Source: Candidatus Heimdallarchaeota archaeon
Lineage (GTDB): Archaea; Asgardarchaeota; Heimdallarchaeia; Heimdallarchaeales; Heimdallarchaeaceae
Assembly: GCA_030668875.1 (NCBI GenBank)
Contig: DAOVER010000016.1
Span: forward strand, 1-32,000
DNA: 32,000 nucleotides
Direction: 5' to 3'
Below, piece by piece: positions 1 to 10,154 of the stretch; positions within the stretch are counted from its first letter, which is position 1; every line of letters begins with the position of its first letter. A program made the translations under genes and the position numbers. The notes beneath the pieces were generated by a model, which was not told the origin of the DNA, did no database searches, and saw only the letters and a program-made list of their open reading frames with translations.

Positions 1-121
1 CACTTTCCTATATAAACTCGTAGAAAAATGGAAGAAAATTGGAGAGGTATTAACCATCACCACCTCAACATGCAATGGGGGACAACTCAGAGACTTCTGG
101 CAAGATTGAATAAGATTTTAA

Positions 122-232
122 TCATCTGTTGCTAACGGTGAAGATTCTTTATTCCCAATATGGGGTTATTCTTTAATTGGAATAGTTATTATTATTGCAG
201 TAACTGTAATTTTTCTCTATAAAAAAAGATAG
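122..232 (+). other. Possible 3' remnant of a gene for a C-terminally membrane-anchored protein
   Basis: The frame reads SSVANGEDSLFPIWGYSLIGIVIIIAVTVIFLYKKR*, a hydrophobic helix followed by a basic tail. The same frame has stops at 107-109 (TGA) and 119-121 (TAA), so it is either decayed or frameshifted. Confidence 0.3.
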
Positions 233-321
233 AAATCAAATTCTAGATTTTTTACTGCAAATGTTAATAAAGAAGAAAGTACAAGAGAGATAACAGTAAG
301 CTGAATTAATGAGGTTGCAAA

Positions 322-1617
322 ATGAAGGTTTCTAAAACAGACGTTAAATATCTAGTTTTCGAGGGTGGAGGAGGAAAAGGATTGATTTATTTAAGTGCAA
401 TTCAAGCGCTTGAACGATTAGGTGTGTTATCTTATAACACTGTCAATGTAAACGGAAAAGAAGTTTTTCGTTTAGACAGTAAAAAAATCCATGGTGTTGC
501 TGGAACATCTGTTGGTGGACTTACAGCTTTACTTATTGCGGCTGGTTTTACAACAAAGGAAATATTCAATATTTTAACAAGTAACTTAGACGATAAGATT
601 CTTGATTCAGTCGAATTTGGAAAAATACCTACTGTTCATACTTTAGATAGTCCCAGACACATAATTAGTGACAGACCAATCAACAAAGATAGAATGTTAT
701 TTGACGAATACTGGAACACCATTAAGCACTCTAACAAAAGAACTTTGAGAGATTTGTTTAAACTACCAGTAAAGGCTTTTAAAGAATTCAATATGGGTTT
801 TTTCTCAGGACTAGTCAAATGGTATATGGATTACGAATCAAAAAAAGTAGTAATTAAAGAACCTAAACATGAAGTATTTGGCGTTATTCAAGATATAGCA
901 AAAACAAAAACAACAAAATCCGCTATAGACCTTGTCTTAGAAAACTCAGCTGATAGTATGTATAGCTTGAAATATGATCTCGGACTTTTCTTATCTGAAT
1001 CTTTAAGAGATGCAGTTGATGAATTTATTGAGTTCAAATCCGGGATTAAGAATTGTACTTTTGAGCAATTCTATGATACTTTCAAAATTGATCTTGTTCT
1101 TACTGCATTTGATGTTTCAACTAATGAGGTCTATTACTTCAGAAACAATGAAAGGTGGAAGAACCTCTGTGTTGCTGATGCTTTAAGAATGTCTGTAAGT
1201 ATTCCAATGGTATTCAAACCTGTTGTTATGAAAATTGAAGGTGACAAAATCATAACTGTTACTGATGAAATCTCTTCAGCAAATTATATTGTCGATGGTG
1301 GATTGGGTAATAACTTTCCCATACATGTATTCGATAAGGAAGATTCTGACAGTTTAAACTCTCATGTGTTAGGTTTCAGACTTATAACAGCTAGGCCTTT
1401 CGTAGAAGGGGAAACAACATTTTTTGGTTACCTGGAAAATGTTTTCATTTCTCTACTTAAATTAACTTCAGAATCACAATTAAAAAGAGAGTCTGAGAGA
1501 GATCAAACTATTGCTCTAAACACTGAAGGTATTAACTTCTTAAACTTTACATTTGAGACTATCTCTGAAGAAACACTCACAGAAGCAAGAAAATTAACAT
1601 TTTCGTACTTTGAATGA
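322..1617 (+). CDS. Patatin-like phospholipase (ExoU/VipD-like subgroup), paralogue 1
   Basis: Oxyanion motif FEGGGGKG, nucleophile motif GTSVG (GxSxG), RMSVSIP, and catalytic Asp motif VDGG. RBS GAGGT lies upstream of the ATG. Confidence 0.9.
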   Translation: MKVSKTDVKYLVFEGGGGKGLIYLSAIQALERLGVLSYNTVNVNGKEVFRLDSKKIHGVAGTSVGGLTALLIAAGFTTKEIFNILTSNLDDKILDSVEFGKIPTVHTLDSPRHIISDRPINKDRMLFDEYWNTIKHSNKRTLRDLFKLPVKAFKEFNMGFFSGLVKWYMDYESKKVVIKEPKHEVFGVIQDIAKTKTTKSAIDLVLENSADSMYSLKYDLGLFLSESLRDAVDEFIEFKSGIKNCTFEQFYDTFKIDLVLTAFDVSTNEVYYFRNNERWKNLCVADALRMSVSIPMVFKPVVMKIEGDKIITVTDEISSANYIVDGGLGNNFPIHVFDKEDSDSLNSHVLGFRLITARPFVEGETTFFGYLENVFISLLKLTSESQLKRESERDQTIALNTEGINFLNFTFETISEETLTEARKLTFSYFE

Positions 1618-1818
1618 AAACTTGATTTTATTTCTTTATTTATTTTCTATCTATTACCTCTTAATTAAAATGTTCTGTGGTCACCCTTACATTTCAATAG
1701 TGTGCGTTTGAATAGTCCTATTGTGAATATCCAACATAAACTTGTGAAATTAGGACTAACTAATTGTAGTTTGTAAATTACTACGTGAATACTTAAGAAA
1801 GTCAAGAACGTTTGATGC

Positions 1819-3270
1819 TTGATGAAGAGAAATTTAGTGTTTTTACTACTTTCAATTCCTTTTATTGTAGTCGTACCTATGTTTTTCGATAATTCATTAC
1901 TCTACACTGATTATTTCCGATATATGATAGCTACAATTTTGTTCGCTAATCTAGTCATTTGTATGATATTCGCTACTCGATCTAAGGAAAGTGATGAAAG
2001 AATTTTTTTCGTTCTTCTAAGTGCTTCCGTGTTCTTTTATTTAATAGATAGTATATTTGATATAATTGCAATTTACTCAAATTACCCAATCAAGATTTAT
2101 AATTCTATTTCCGATTTCGTTGGAAATTTGCCTATTGTTTTCCTATTGATTTATCGATTTGTGATTGATTTTAAATACATAAGAAAAGAAAACAGAACTT
2201 CTTTACTTCTAGGTTCAATTGCATCCTCTTCCGGTTTTGTCTTAATAGGTGTCATTGCTTTGAAAGTAGCTTTTTCTACTCCAGATATCCCTGTAAGTGA
2301 TATTTTTCTTTATCTTCCATTCTTAATTGTTACCATTTTAATAATGGTTCTCCTTGTAATGCTCAATATTTTATATGTCGAAGTTAATTTTAGATATTAT
2401 TTGCTTGCCTTGTTATCAGGATATTTTTTTGCATTTATTGGGGATGTTTTTGAGTTATTCTGGGGTCTTTATGGGGGGATTGAGAATAGGATAGTTGCAA
2501 GATCTATGACCTTGTTTGCGTTTACTTTGTTATTTGTTGTACTTGTTTGGATTAGAGGTAGCAATATCAGCATCTCAACATTAAGTCAAATTGAATCAGA
2601 AAGAATGAAATATAAAAAACTATACCTAGAATTAGATGATAAATTGAGCGATTTGCTTGTCTTAACCCAATTCTTACGACACGATTTTGGTAATGATATT
2701 GTAGTAATTTCAAATGCTCTTGAAATCTATAAAGAAAATCCATCTGTAGATTTGATGATAATGGCTCAGAAACGTCTAAAATTAATGGAAGAAAGAATCA
2801 GTAAGTTACGAACAAAAGAAGAAATTTATTCCAGTCTTAAAACAGTAGCCATTCCCATTACATTTATCGAGGATATTGCAAAATTATTCAAAAACGTCTC
2901 TGTTCGATTAAGGAATAGAAAAATGCTAGTTAGGGGAAACCAGCTTCTCAACTCTGTACTATTCAACATAATTGACAATTCTTTCAAGCATGGAGGAGAA
3001 AATGTCAGTGTTCAGATAGATGTTAAAACAAAAGATAAGCATGTGATTATAAAAATCATAGATAATGGGGTGGGGATGACAGATCAACAGAAAACAATTA
3101 TCAGAAATCGAGTAGCAACTTTGGATGAGAATCTAGAAATTCCGGAAAGTGTGGGGCTGATGTTAGCTAAAACTACAATAAATGGTCTAAGTGGAGAATT
3201 GTTCATTGAAGACAACAAACCTCAAGGAACAATAATAATACTTGAGTTACCTCTTTTTGAGGAGAAATAA
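1819..3270 (+). CDS. Multi-TM sensor histidine kinase
   Basis: About 240 hydrophobic N-terminal residues, then H-box FLRHDFGND, N-box LFNIIDNSFKHG, G1 IIDNGVGM, and G2-like ESVGLMLAK. Confidence 0.9.
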   Translation: MMKRNLVFLLLSIPFIVVVPMFFDNSLLYTDYFRYMIATILFANLVICMIFATRSKESDERIFFVLLSASVFFYLIDSIFDIIAIYSNYPIKIYNSISDFVGNLPIVFLLIYRFVIDFKYIRKENRTSLLLGSIASSSGFVLIGVIALKVAFSTPDIPVSDIFLYLPFLIVTILIMVLLVMLNILYVEVNFRYYLLALLSGYFFAFIGDVFELFWGLYGGIENRIVARSMTLFAFTLLFVVLVWIRGSNISISTLSQIESERMKYKKLYLELDDKLSDLLVLTQFLRHDFGNDIVVISNALEIYKENPSVDLMIMAQKRLKLMEERISKLRTKEEIYSSLKTVAIPITFIEDIAKLFKNVSVRLRNRKMLVRGNQLLNSVLFNIIDNSFKHGGENVSVQIDVKTKDKHVIIKIIDNGVGMTDQQKTIIRNRVATLDENLEIPESVGLMLAKTTINGLSGELFIEDNKPQGTIIILELPLFEEK

Positions 3271-3362
3271 AAGTCGGGCTTCTTATTCTATTCTTCAATT
3301 GCACAATGGTGAATATTCAGCTTTATAAGTGCAAATGCATTGTATTTTTTAATTGTAATTAA

Positions 3363-4376
3363 ATGGTGGATATTATGGATGACATCAAACGCTTTAAGGA
3401 GCACTTAATTAAGAAAGAAAACAAACCCGAGTATATTGAAAAAGCCGTAGATATAACTAAAGAATTTGAAGAATTCTTATCTTATAGAAGCAAGTTGTTT
3501 ACTGACATTGCTTACGATGATTTCTTTGCTTTTTCCGATTTTCTGATAACAGAAAAGAGAAATGATGAATTGCACTATGGTGCTTTAGTTACTTTTGGTT
3601 TATTTACTAAAAATAATGAATTAGTCAGATGGGGAAGAGAAGTATTTGATGGTAGTGAAGTGATGATTAACCTTTCTAAACGATTAGAACTAGAAATGAG
3701 CAAAGAGTTCAGGGATGAAGTTTTTGGAAATATAGGATTACCTCCCTTCGGAATTAATCCAAAGGAAAAACCCAACTATACTAAGAAACTTATCAATAAA
3801 TTGGTCGATGAGGTTGGAGAAGAAAAAAGTGAGGAATTTCTAGCCAAAGGTCTTCGTGATCCCTATACAGAATGGCGAAAACCAGATCGTGAGAAATTCC
3901 TTAAATCAATAAATATTGATGAATTCATGAAGATGAAAAAAGAAGAACTCATTAAAAATCTGGAAAAGCACAGAGATGATAGCACTTTATTCTTCACTCA
4001 AGAAATAAATGATCAAGTTATTGATTACGTGATAAATCATCCTTTGGGGGCTGAAGGAGGTATAAGATAAGGTAATAAGATAAAAGTTGCCAAAATCCCT
4101 CATGAAACTATCAAATATTTAAACGAAACAGATGAAAAAATGAAAGCTTACTACTATTGTCATTGTCCTTGGGTTAAGGAAGCAATGAAAGATGGTACTG
4201 CAGATGAAATACCAGATGTATTTTGCAATTGTAGTGGTGGTTATTACAAAGATTACTGGCAGATTGTTCTAGATGAACCCGTAGCTGTCAGAGTTTTACA
4301 ATCAGTTAAAAGGGGAGATCCTGTTTGTCAGTTTGAAGTTACATTGCCTGAAAAAGTTGTTGAAGGTTTAGATTAA
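3363..4376 (+). pseudogene. DUF6144-like protein with Cys-rich V4R-like C-terminus, interrupted by one in-frame TAA
   Basis: ORFs 3363-4070 and 4140-4376 are in the same frame. Only TAA 4068-4070 separates them: ...GGIR*GNKIKVAKIPHETIKYLNETDEKMKAYYYCHCPWV... The C-terminus has CHCP, FCNCSGGYY and GDPVCQF. Family name recalled, not searched. Confidence 0.75.
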
Positions 4377-4485
4377 GAAATAGCACTGTGACATCGAAAT
4401 AAATTCTACCTCCATTTCTTCTGTTTTGAATCTTTCTTAGAAAAACTATTAAGTGAGTACAATCGGTTTAAAACGGGTCTAGGAC

Positions 4486-5409
4486 ATGATTTTACAGTTT
4501 AAACGTTACAACCATGAGAAAGATTTCAAACGAGTGAGGAGTTTTTACATCGATAATCATGAATCCACCCATCCTTACATATGGACATTTGAGAGATGGA
4601 ATTATTTGATATATTTCGTCCTCGATATGTTTGAATTTTCTATTGAAAAAATAGAGGCTACGATAGGATTATGGGAAAATGAAAATGGAAATATCATAGG
4701 AATAGTTACTAATGAAGCAGAAGGAAGAGGAGAAGCATTTATTCATCTTCATCCAGACTTTTATGATAAATTTGTTCTTAAAGAAATGTTTGAATTACTT
4801 GAAGAAAAATATGCAATTGAGATAGAAGATAAAAAGATAATCAAACTAAGAATTTTGGATGGAAACACAGAATTAGAGAAATATGCTAGTGAAAGGGGAT
4901 ATGTCAAAAACCCCAATACTATAGAAACAACCAGTCTTCTTTTATTGGATGAGGAATTAAAACTACCAGAAATCCCTGATGGTTATAGAATCCAAAGCAT
5001 GGCTGATAACAATAATATTGAAAAAAGAACTCTGACATTTGCAAAAGCATTTGGTAATTATTGGACAAAAGATCAAGTTCAACCACATAGTTATATCGAA
5101 CTTCAGAAGTGTCCTGACTATAGAAAGGATTTAGATGTTTATGCAGTAGCTCCTGATGGAGAGCTTGTTTCCTTCTGTTTAATATGGTTTGATGAAAAAA
5201 ACAAAATAGCTATGTTGGAACCTGTTGGTACAAATCCTGATCACAGAAAAAAAGGTTTAGCAAAAATAGTTGTCTATGAAGCAATTAATCGTGTAAAAAA
5301 GGAAGGTGCAAAAAAAATTTATGTTGGTGATGGACAACAATTTTATCTCTCAATTGGCTTCAAACATGCTTATAGAAACATAGTGTGGATTAAGGAAGTG
5401 AATGAATAA
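4486..5409 (+). CDS. GNAT family N-acetyltransferase (tandem GNAT fold)
   Basis: C-terminal acetyl-CoA motif A: LEPVGTNPDHRKKGLAK, followed by FYLSIGF. Confidence 0.85.
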   Translation: MILQFKRYNHEKDFKRVRSFYIDNHESTHPYIWTFERWNYLIYFVLDMFEFSIEKIEATIGLWENENGNIIGIVTNEAEGRGEAFIHLHPDFYDKFVLKEMFELLEEKYAIEIEDKKIIKLRILDGNTELEKYASERGYVKNPNTIETTSLLLLDEELKLPEIPDGYRIQSMADNNNIEKRTLTFAKAFGNYWTKDQVQPHSYIELQKCPDYRKDLDVYAVAPDGELVSFCLIWFDEKNKIAMLEPVGTNPDHRKKGLAKIVVYEAINRVKKEGAKKIYVGDGQQFYLSIGFKHAYRNIVWIKEVNE

Positions 5410-5435
5410 TTACTCTCTTCGCCTTCCATTCTTTT

Positions 5436-6353
5436 CTAATGTGGTATAAGAACCTGTTTGAATTGTTTCAATGTTTTTGAATAATTTACTGTTCCTTTCT
5501 CTCGATTATACGATTCGATATTTTCTTGTAGCTCTGCTACTGTTTTAATTCCAAATACAATTGAATCAGCTTGTTGATCTAAACCATATTGAAAACATTG
5601 AGCAGGAGTTGAAGGTTCATCCAATTTCAAGGAGAACCTATTTCTTCCAGTATAGTAAGCTGAATAATTGGTTTTCTTAGTAGAGAATGCTTTTCCTTTT
5701 AACAAGTTCTTTATTGCTATTATTGCTACCTCATTCTTCTTACAGTACTTAATCAATCTTTGAGTTGAATCAAGAATCCCTGTAGAAAAATTTAACGGAA
5801 ACATGATGATATCAAATTGCTCTTTTTGTAATATTTTCAATAGAAGCTCAGGTTTATGAGCACTGAACCCTATAGCTTTTGCTCTCCCTTCTCTTTTCAA
5901 CTCCTTTGCATAATCTAGAACTCCTCCACTTACAATTTTTTCAAAATCTTCCATATGGGTGACATATTGATGTAAAGCAATGTCTGCATATTCTACATTC
6001 ATTCTTTCAAGCATTCCTTCATAGGTGGATTTTATTGCATTAAGCGAACGAGATCTTCTGCGGTTTGATCCTTCTGCACTAAAAATACTGCCTAGGTGTG
6101 CAGTAAAAGTGATTTTTTTCTCTTTATCTTTAATGAATTCTCTAAATACATCATAGAAATATGGAATATTGAAGACTACATCATAATGAGTGATGCCCAA
6201 TTTATAAGCTGCTTCAAGTATGGCTATGGAGTTCTGTTCTGGAGTCATATTGTCTGGGTTTTTTGTTCTAACTACGAAGTGTTCAATCCCTAAACCAAAA
6301 GTACTTAATTCTACACCATTTTTTTCTAATCTATTCATTGAAAGATACTCCAC
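5436..6353 (-). CDS. Aldo/keto reductase family oxidoreductase
   Basis: STFGLG, GITHYD, YADIALH, AKAIGFSAH, DIIMFPLN, IIAIKNL. The real start may be the ATG at 6338. Confidence 0.85.
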   Translation of the reverse strand: MEYLSMNRLEKNGVELSTFGLGIEHFVVRTKNPDNMTPEQNSIAILEAAYKLGITHYDVVFNIPYFYDVFREFIKDKEKKITFTAHLGSIFSAEGSNRRRSRSLNAIKSTYEGMLERMNVEYADIALHQYVTHMEDFEKIVSGGVLDYAKELKREGRAKAIGFSAHKPELLLKILQKEQFDIIMFPLNFSTGILDSTQRLIKYCKKNEVAIIAIKNLLKGKAFSTKKTNYSAYYTGRNRFSLKLDEPSTPAQCFQYGLDQQADSIVFGIKTVAELQENIESYNREKGTVNYSKTLKQFKQVLIPH

Positions 6354-6446
6354 ATAAGATTAGATTCTAAACCTTAAGATTGTTTCTTTTCTGGTTTCTA
6401 AACAAAAAGAAAACTTAATATCTTTACACAAGAGTGAATTGCTAAG

Positions 6447-7100
6447 GTGATTGAGATTTTTTCAAGAAAAAAGAATGTCAAAAGTATTAGAGATTTGTTC
6501 ATAGAGACTAGCAGTTTAACCAAAGATGCTTTTGAAACAATGAGGAACGCTGTTCTAGCATATGTGGACGGAAATTTTGATCTTGCTAAAAAGGAATCTG
6601 AAATTACAACTGCAACTGAAAAAAAACAAGACAGGGTAAAGGAAGAGCTTTTTGAAAGGATATTTTCCAGAGAAACAATGGTTTTTTCTAGAACTGATCG
6701 AATTTTAATAATTGAAAACATAGATAAAATCACAGATAAAATCGAAATAGTTGTTAGAAAATTATTGCTTTATCAATTTGATATAAAGGCCCCTCTTAAA
6801 GAAGGAATTAAAGAGCTAGCTAATTTGAACATGCAAATTGGTAACGAAGTTCATAAGATGGTAATAGCTGTTTTAGCTGATTTTGAGAAAGCGAGGGTTC
6901 ATATCACTGAGATCACTAATTTAAGAAGAAACGTTCGCGAAAAACAATGGATTCTCCAGAAGATGAACTATGATTATCAAGAAGATTTTCTAGCTTTCAG
7001 ATATACAGAGACTTTAATCAAATATTTAATGGAAACTGCTGATAGAGCAGAAATTTTTGCTGACCGTGTTTTCATACTTATTAACAAATATGCACTATGA
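6447..7100 (+). CDS. DUF47 / PhoU-like phosphate transport regulator
   Basis: Two helical repeats with EKKQDRVK...IDKITDKIE and ETADRAEIFAD. Lies directly upstream of a PiT gene, the usual pairing. Confidence 0.85.
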   Translation: MIEIFSRKKNVKSIRDLFIETSSLTKDAFETMRNAVLAYVDGNFDLAKKESEITTATEKKQDRVKEELFERIFSRETMVFSRTDRILIIENIDKITDKIEIVVRKLLLYQFDIKAPLKEGIKELANLNMQIGNEVHKMVIAVLADFEKARVHITEITNLRRNVREKQWILQKMNYDYQEDFLAFRYTETLIKYLMETADRAEIFADRVFILINKYAL

Positions 7101-7125
7101 TCTGACAAACAATGGAGTAGAGTGA

Positions 7126-8214
7126 ATGGAACCCATAGTAATAATCATATTGGTTTTGATGGTAATCTTATCTTTTGGAATAGGTGCCAATGATGAAACT
7201 ATGGCTACATTAGTAGGAAGCCGTGTTCTTAAAACAAAATATGTAATTGCTCTTGCTGCTATTTTATCATTTATTGGAGTTTACTTCCTATCAGATAAAG
7301 TTGGTAAAACCATAGGTGAAAACCTTCTAGGACCCTATGTTGAATATAGTATAAGCATGCTCATTGCGATTATCATAAGTACAACAATATGGTTAATAGT
7401 TGCTTCGTCCACTGGAGCACCAATCTCAACAACCCATTCAGTTGTAGGAGCAGTTTTTGGAGTAATAATTGTTTGGAGTTTTCTTCCTGCTCAAAGTTTT
7501 TTGACATCAATAGATACAATCTACAACCTAAGCATTCAACGCATTTCTGGAGGTTTCCATCTTGGTCAAAGTTTTTTGGTTTCAATGGATTGGTCCGTAC
7601 TAGGACAAGTGGCTTTAGGTTGGGTTATATCCCCATTGATGGGATTCTTTGGCGCATTTTTGTTTAAATATGTATTAAATAAGATTTTAGCAACACAGAT
7701 GAGAGGTCTAGAACGTTTAGAAAAACTAGAAAGAATCTTAGGTTATGTATTAATATTGCTAGTTGGTTGGACACAAATAAGTAGAGGGGGAAATGATTCA
7801 GCAAATGCTTTGGGAATTATGTACGGTTTGGTTGATTCTGGTCAATTAACAAACGATCCACTGACCATAACGTTACTAACACTCACAACTGGAGGTGTTC
7901 TGGCTTTAGGTATTGTAATTATTGGTAGGAATGTTATAAAAAATGTTGGAAACAATCTGATAGCAATGAGACCTTCTGACGCAATTAGCATTGAATTAGC
8001 AACAAGTATAACACTGTTTTTGGCTACAATTTTTGGTTTTCCCATTTCTGGAAGTCATGTGTTAATTTTTGCAGTAGTAGGCGCGGGGATGGTGAAAGGT
8101 GAACGTCCAGATAAGAAATCCTTCAGGAAAATGGTTTTAAGCTGGGTGATAACGTTCCCAATTGCAGCTGCTTTATCAGCGCTAATCTATGGTGTCTCAA
8201 TAGCTATTTTCTGA
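7126..8214 (+). CDS. pitA: Inorganic phosphate transporter, PiT family
   Basis: Signatures GIGAND, GAPISTTHSVVGA, GGNDSANALG, GFPISGSHVLI and SWVITFP. Confidence 0.92.
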   Translation: MEPIVIIILVLMVILSFGIGANDETMATLVGSRVLKTKYVIALAAILSFIGVYFLSDKVGKTIGENLLGPYVEYSISMLIAIIISTTIWLIVASSTGAPISTTHSVVGAVFGVIIVWSFLPAQSFLTSIDTIYNLSIQRISGGFHLGQSFLVSMDWSVLGQVALGWVISPLMGFFGAFLFKYVLNKILATQMRGLERLEKLERILGYVLILLVGWTQISRGGNDSANALGIMYGLVDSGQLTNDPLTITLLTLTTGGVLALGIVIIGRNVIKNVGNNLIAMRPSDAISIELATSITLFLATIFGFPISGSHVLIFAVVGAGMVKGERPDKKSFRKMVLSWVITFPIAAALSALIYGVSIAIF

Positions 8215-8230
8215 AGTTAATTTTCGATAT

Positions 8231-8569
8231 TTATTCGATCAAACGATCTAACAAAACTTCTTTTTTGATTTTAATAGCTCTGATAAGTTTCTTAAACTCC
8301 TTTTCTCCCTTTTCATTTAAATGGTAGAGATAGGCTATTCTTTTCCCTGTGACCTGTTCTTCCTGAATTAAAATCCCTTCTTCTACCATTCTTTTCAATT
8401 CCGGATAAAGAGTACCTGTTTTGAGTTTAATCCGTCCATCAGTAAATTCTTTAACTAAATTTATTAATTTATATCCTGAAGATTTGGGATTGTCCTTTAA
8501 GAGAAAAAGTAGCAGAGTTCTAACTATGGGGACTGTTTCCAAGATGTTTTCCTTACTCGTTTCGCTCAT
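8231..8569 (-). CDS. PadR family transcriptional regulator
   Basis: LLFLLKDNPKSSGYKLI...GTLYPELKRMVEEG...YLYHLNEKG, a winged HTH. Confidence 0.88.
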   Translation of the reverse strand: MSETSKENILETVPIVRTLLLFLLKDNPKSSGYKLINLVKEFTDGRIKLKTGTLYPELKRMVEEGILIQEEQVTGKRIAYLYHLNEKGEKEFKKLIRAIKIKKEVLLDRLIE

Positions 8570-8625
8570 TATTTCACCCTCAATTCTATAAAATAAAAAG
8601 AAGAACGGATATTAATAATTTTACC

Positions 8626-9105
8626 CTATCCTAAAACTGCAATGACACCCAGGTAAGAACTTAGGAATAACACTACGATTGCAAAAATAACATTTACTAG
8701 CAATAATATTTTTGCTATTTTGCTTTTTGGTTTCTTTTCTATTCCCTTAATCCTATCTAAAATTGCACTTCTAAAGACAGCGATTAATGCCATAAAGATG
8801 AACAGAATGTGCTTGATTGATAGTAATGTAGCATCTATGTTCTCAAAGGATAGAAAACTTGTTGTTAGGGCTGATACTTTTGTCATTAATAATCCTGTAA
8901 TCATAAGAACAACAATTGCGATGTATGTAAATATGCTCAGTCTTGTTTTAATCATCTTATTAACTTTATTAAATTTCTCTTCTTCAAATTGCTTCTTTAA
9001 TACGGGCATTATAACTAATACTAATAGAAGCATACCCCCTATCCAAAGTACTGTGAATAATTCGTGTAGGAAGTTGATCAATGTAAGGGCTATTGGAGTT
9101 ACCAT
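8626..9105 (-). CDS. CopD/DUF4149-like 4-TM membrane protein
   Basis: FLHELFTVLWIGG and LLSIKHIL motifs, with four hydrophobic helices. Confidence 0.65.
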   Translation of the reverse strand: MVTPIALTLINFLHELFTVLWIGGMLLLVLVIMPVLKKQFEEEKFNKVNKMIKTRLSIFTYIAIVVLMITGLLMTKVSALTTSFLSFENIDATLLSIKHILFIFMALIAVFRSAILDRIKGIEKKPKSKIAKILLLVNVIFAIVVLFLSSYLGVIAVLG

Positions 9106-9123
9106 TTTATGTCACCATTTACG

Positions 9124-9144
9124 ATATGTGGGTGACCTACATAT
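9124..9144. promoter_or_regulatory. Candidate operator, 10-1-10 inverted repeat
   Basis: ATATGTGGGT-G-ACCTACATAT has one mismatch and lies about 19 nt upstream of the CopD-like ATG (9105). Confidence 0.5.
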
Positions 9145-9233
9145 GGTTAATAAATGCATTGTTTTAACAAAAGTAGACCTGAGGGGTAAAATAGCTAACT
9201 TCAAACTTAATCGACTATTCTCCTGTTGAAAAT

Positions 9234-10154
9234 CTATTGTATACTGTATGGTGATTCTCTCATGTGTTTCGATAGCTCAACTAACAAAACTATCCTATCA
9301 ACCGCATCCTTTCCATAACGATTATAGAACTCAGATAAATCGTTATTATTTTCAAGGCTGAAAAGTATTTGATCAACAACCGCTGTTTCTCCAACTAATT
9401 CTTCTTTATTTGGTATACCTGGCAAAACATCAGGGTCAGGAGGCTTAATTTGTATAACTTCAGGTATTTCAAGATATTTAGCTATCTCTTCTAACCTACT
9501 TCGATAGATATGGATTAATGGCATAATATCCGCACAATGATCTACACCCCATTTACAAAATGTTCCTGTCATCCATTCTGTTTTATTAGCTGCTCCTACA
9601 ACCATAAGATTATGTTGATCAGCATATTGATAGATTTTAACCATCCTCATTCTATGTTTTGTGACAGCAAATGAATTTCCTTTTGCAATCCAAGAATTGG
9701 CTTTCGGTTTTAATCTAGTTTCTAGAATTTTATCGTTCCCATCCGCAAAAAACTTAGATCTTGCATATTCAAATACTTTAGCACGTAATTTCCTAAAAGG
9801 TATGAAATTGAGGGGAATCAATCTATAAATATTGGATGATCTTAGAATGGGTGTGAGTGATTTAGTTTTCAACTTTACTCCAAGCTTTTTAGCTAATAGC
9901 TTAGCATGATGTTGGTGAATAGGTTTACTATCTCTCTCAGGTAAATTTAGTAGATGAACCTTATCTGCTCCTAAACTTCGAACTGTCAAAGATGCTGTTA
10001 CTGCTGAATCTAAACCACCACTTAACCCAATTACAGCCCCGTCACGCTTCATTTTAAGCATAGAATCCTTTATGAATTTTTCAATATCCTTGCAGGTATT
10101 TGATATGTTGTCCTGATGAAGTTGTAGTGATTTTGCCATTCTATTAACATCCAT
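9234..10154 (-). CDS. nadE: NH3-dependent NAD+ synthetase (divergent)
   Basis: PP-loop IGLSGGLDSAVTA, GAANKTE, KWGVD..DIMPL..IYR, and KPPDPDV. No glutaminase domain. Confidence 0.8.
   Translation of the reverse strand: MDVNRMAKSLQLHQDNISNTCKDIEKFIKDSMLKMKRDGAVIGLSGGLDSAVTASLTVRSLGADKVHLLNLPERDSKPIHQHHAKLLAKKLGVKLKTKSLTPILRSSNIYRLIPLNFIPFRKLRAKVFEYARSKFFADGNDKILETRLKPKANSWIAKGNSFAVTKHRMRMVKIYQYADQHNLMVVGAANKTEWMTGTFCKWGVDHCADIMPLIHIYRSRLEEIAKYLEIPEVIQIKPPDPDVLPGIPNKEELVGETAVVDQILFSLENNNDLSEFYNRYGKDAVDRIVLLVELSKHMRESPYSIQ

Noticed and set aside
322-1617. Patatins as CBASS CapV-type defence effectors
   Set aside because: There is no CD-NTase or Cap2/Cap3 gene beside either copy, and the only NTase is over 11 kb from the nearer one and of a different type.
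4068-4070. Stop-codon recoding (Sec/Pyl) at the in-frame stops
   Set aside because: This stop is TAA. The TGAs at 29365 and 29722 fall at expected Arg and Gly positions in multi-lesion relics, and all other genes end normally at stops.
6361-6420. AT-rich hairpin-like sequence between the divergent AKR and DUF47 genes
   Set aside because: Arms are mostly T/A runs, expected by chance at this base composition.
8720-9229. 169-aa plus-strand ORF and the other overlapping short ORFs (e.g. 636-818, 3575-3775, 6398-6733, 12259-12537, 21445-21861, 23056-23358, 23416-23655, 24526-24777)
   Set aside because: They are antisense or off-frame shadows of well-supported genes and have no motifs of their own.
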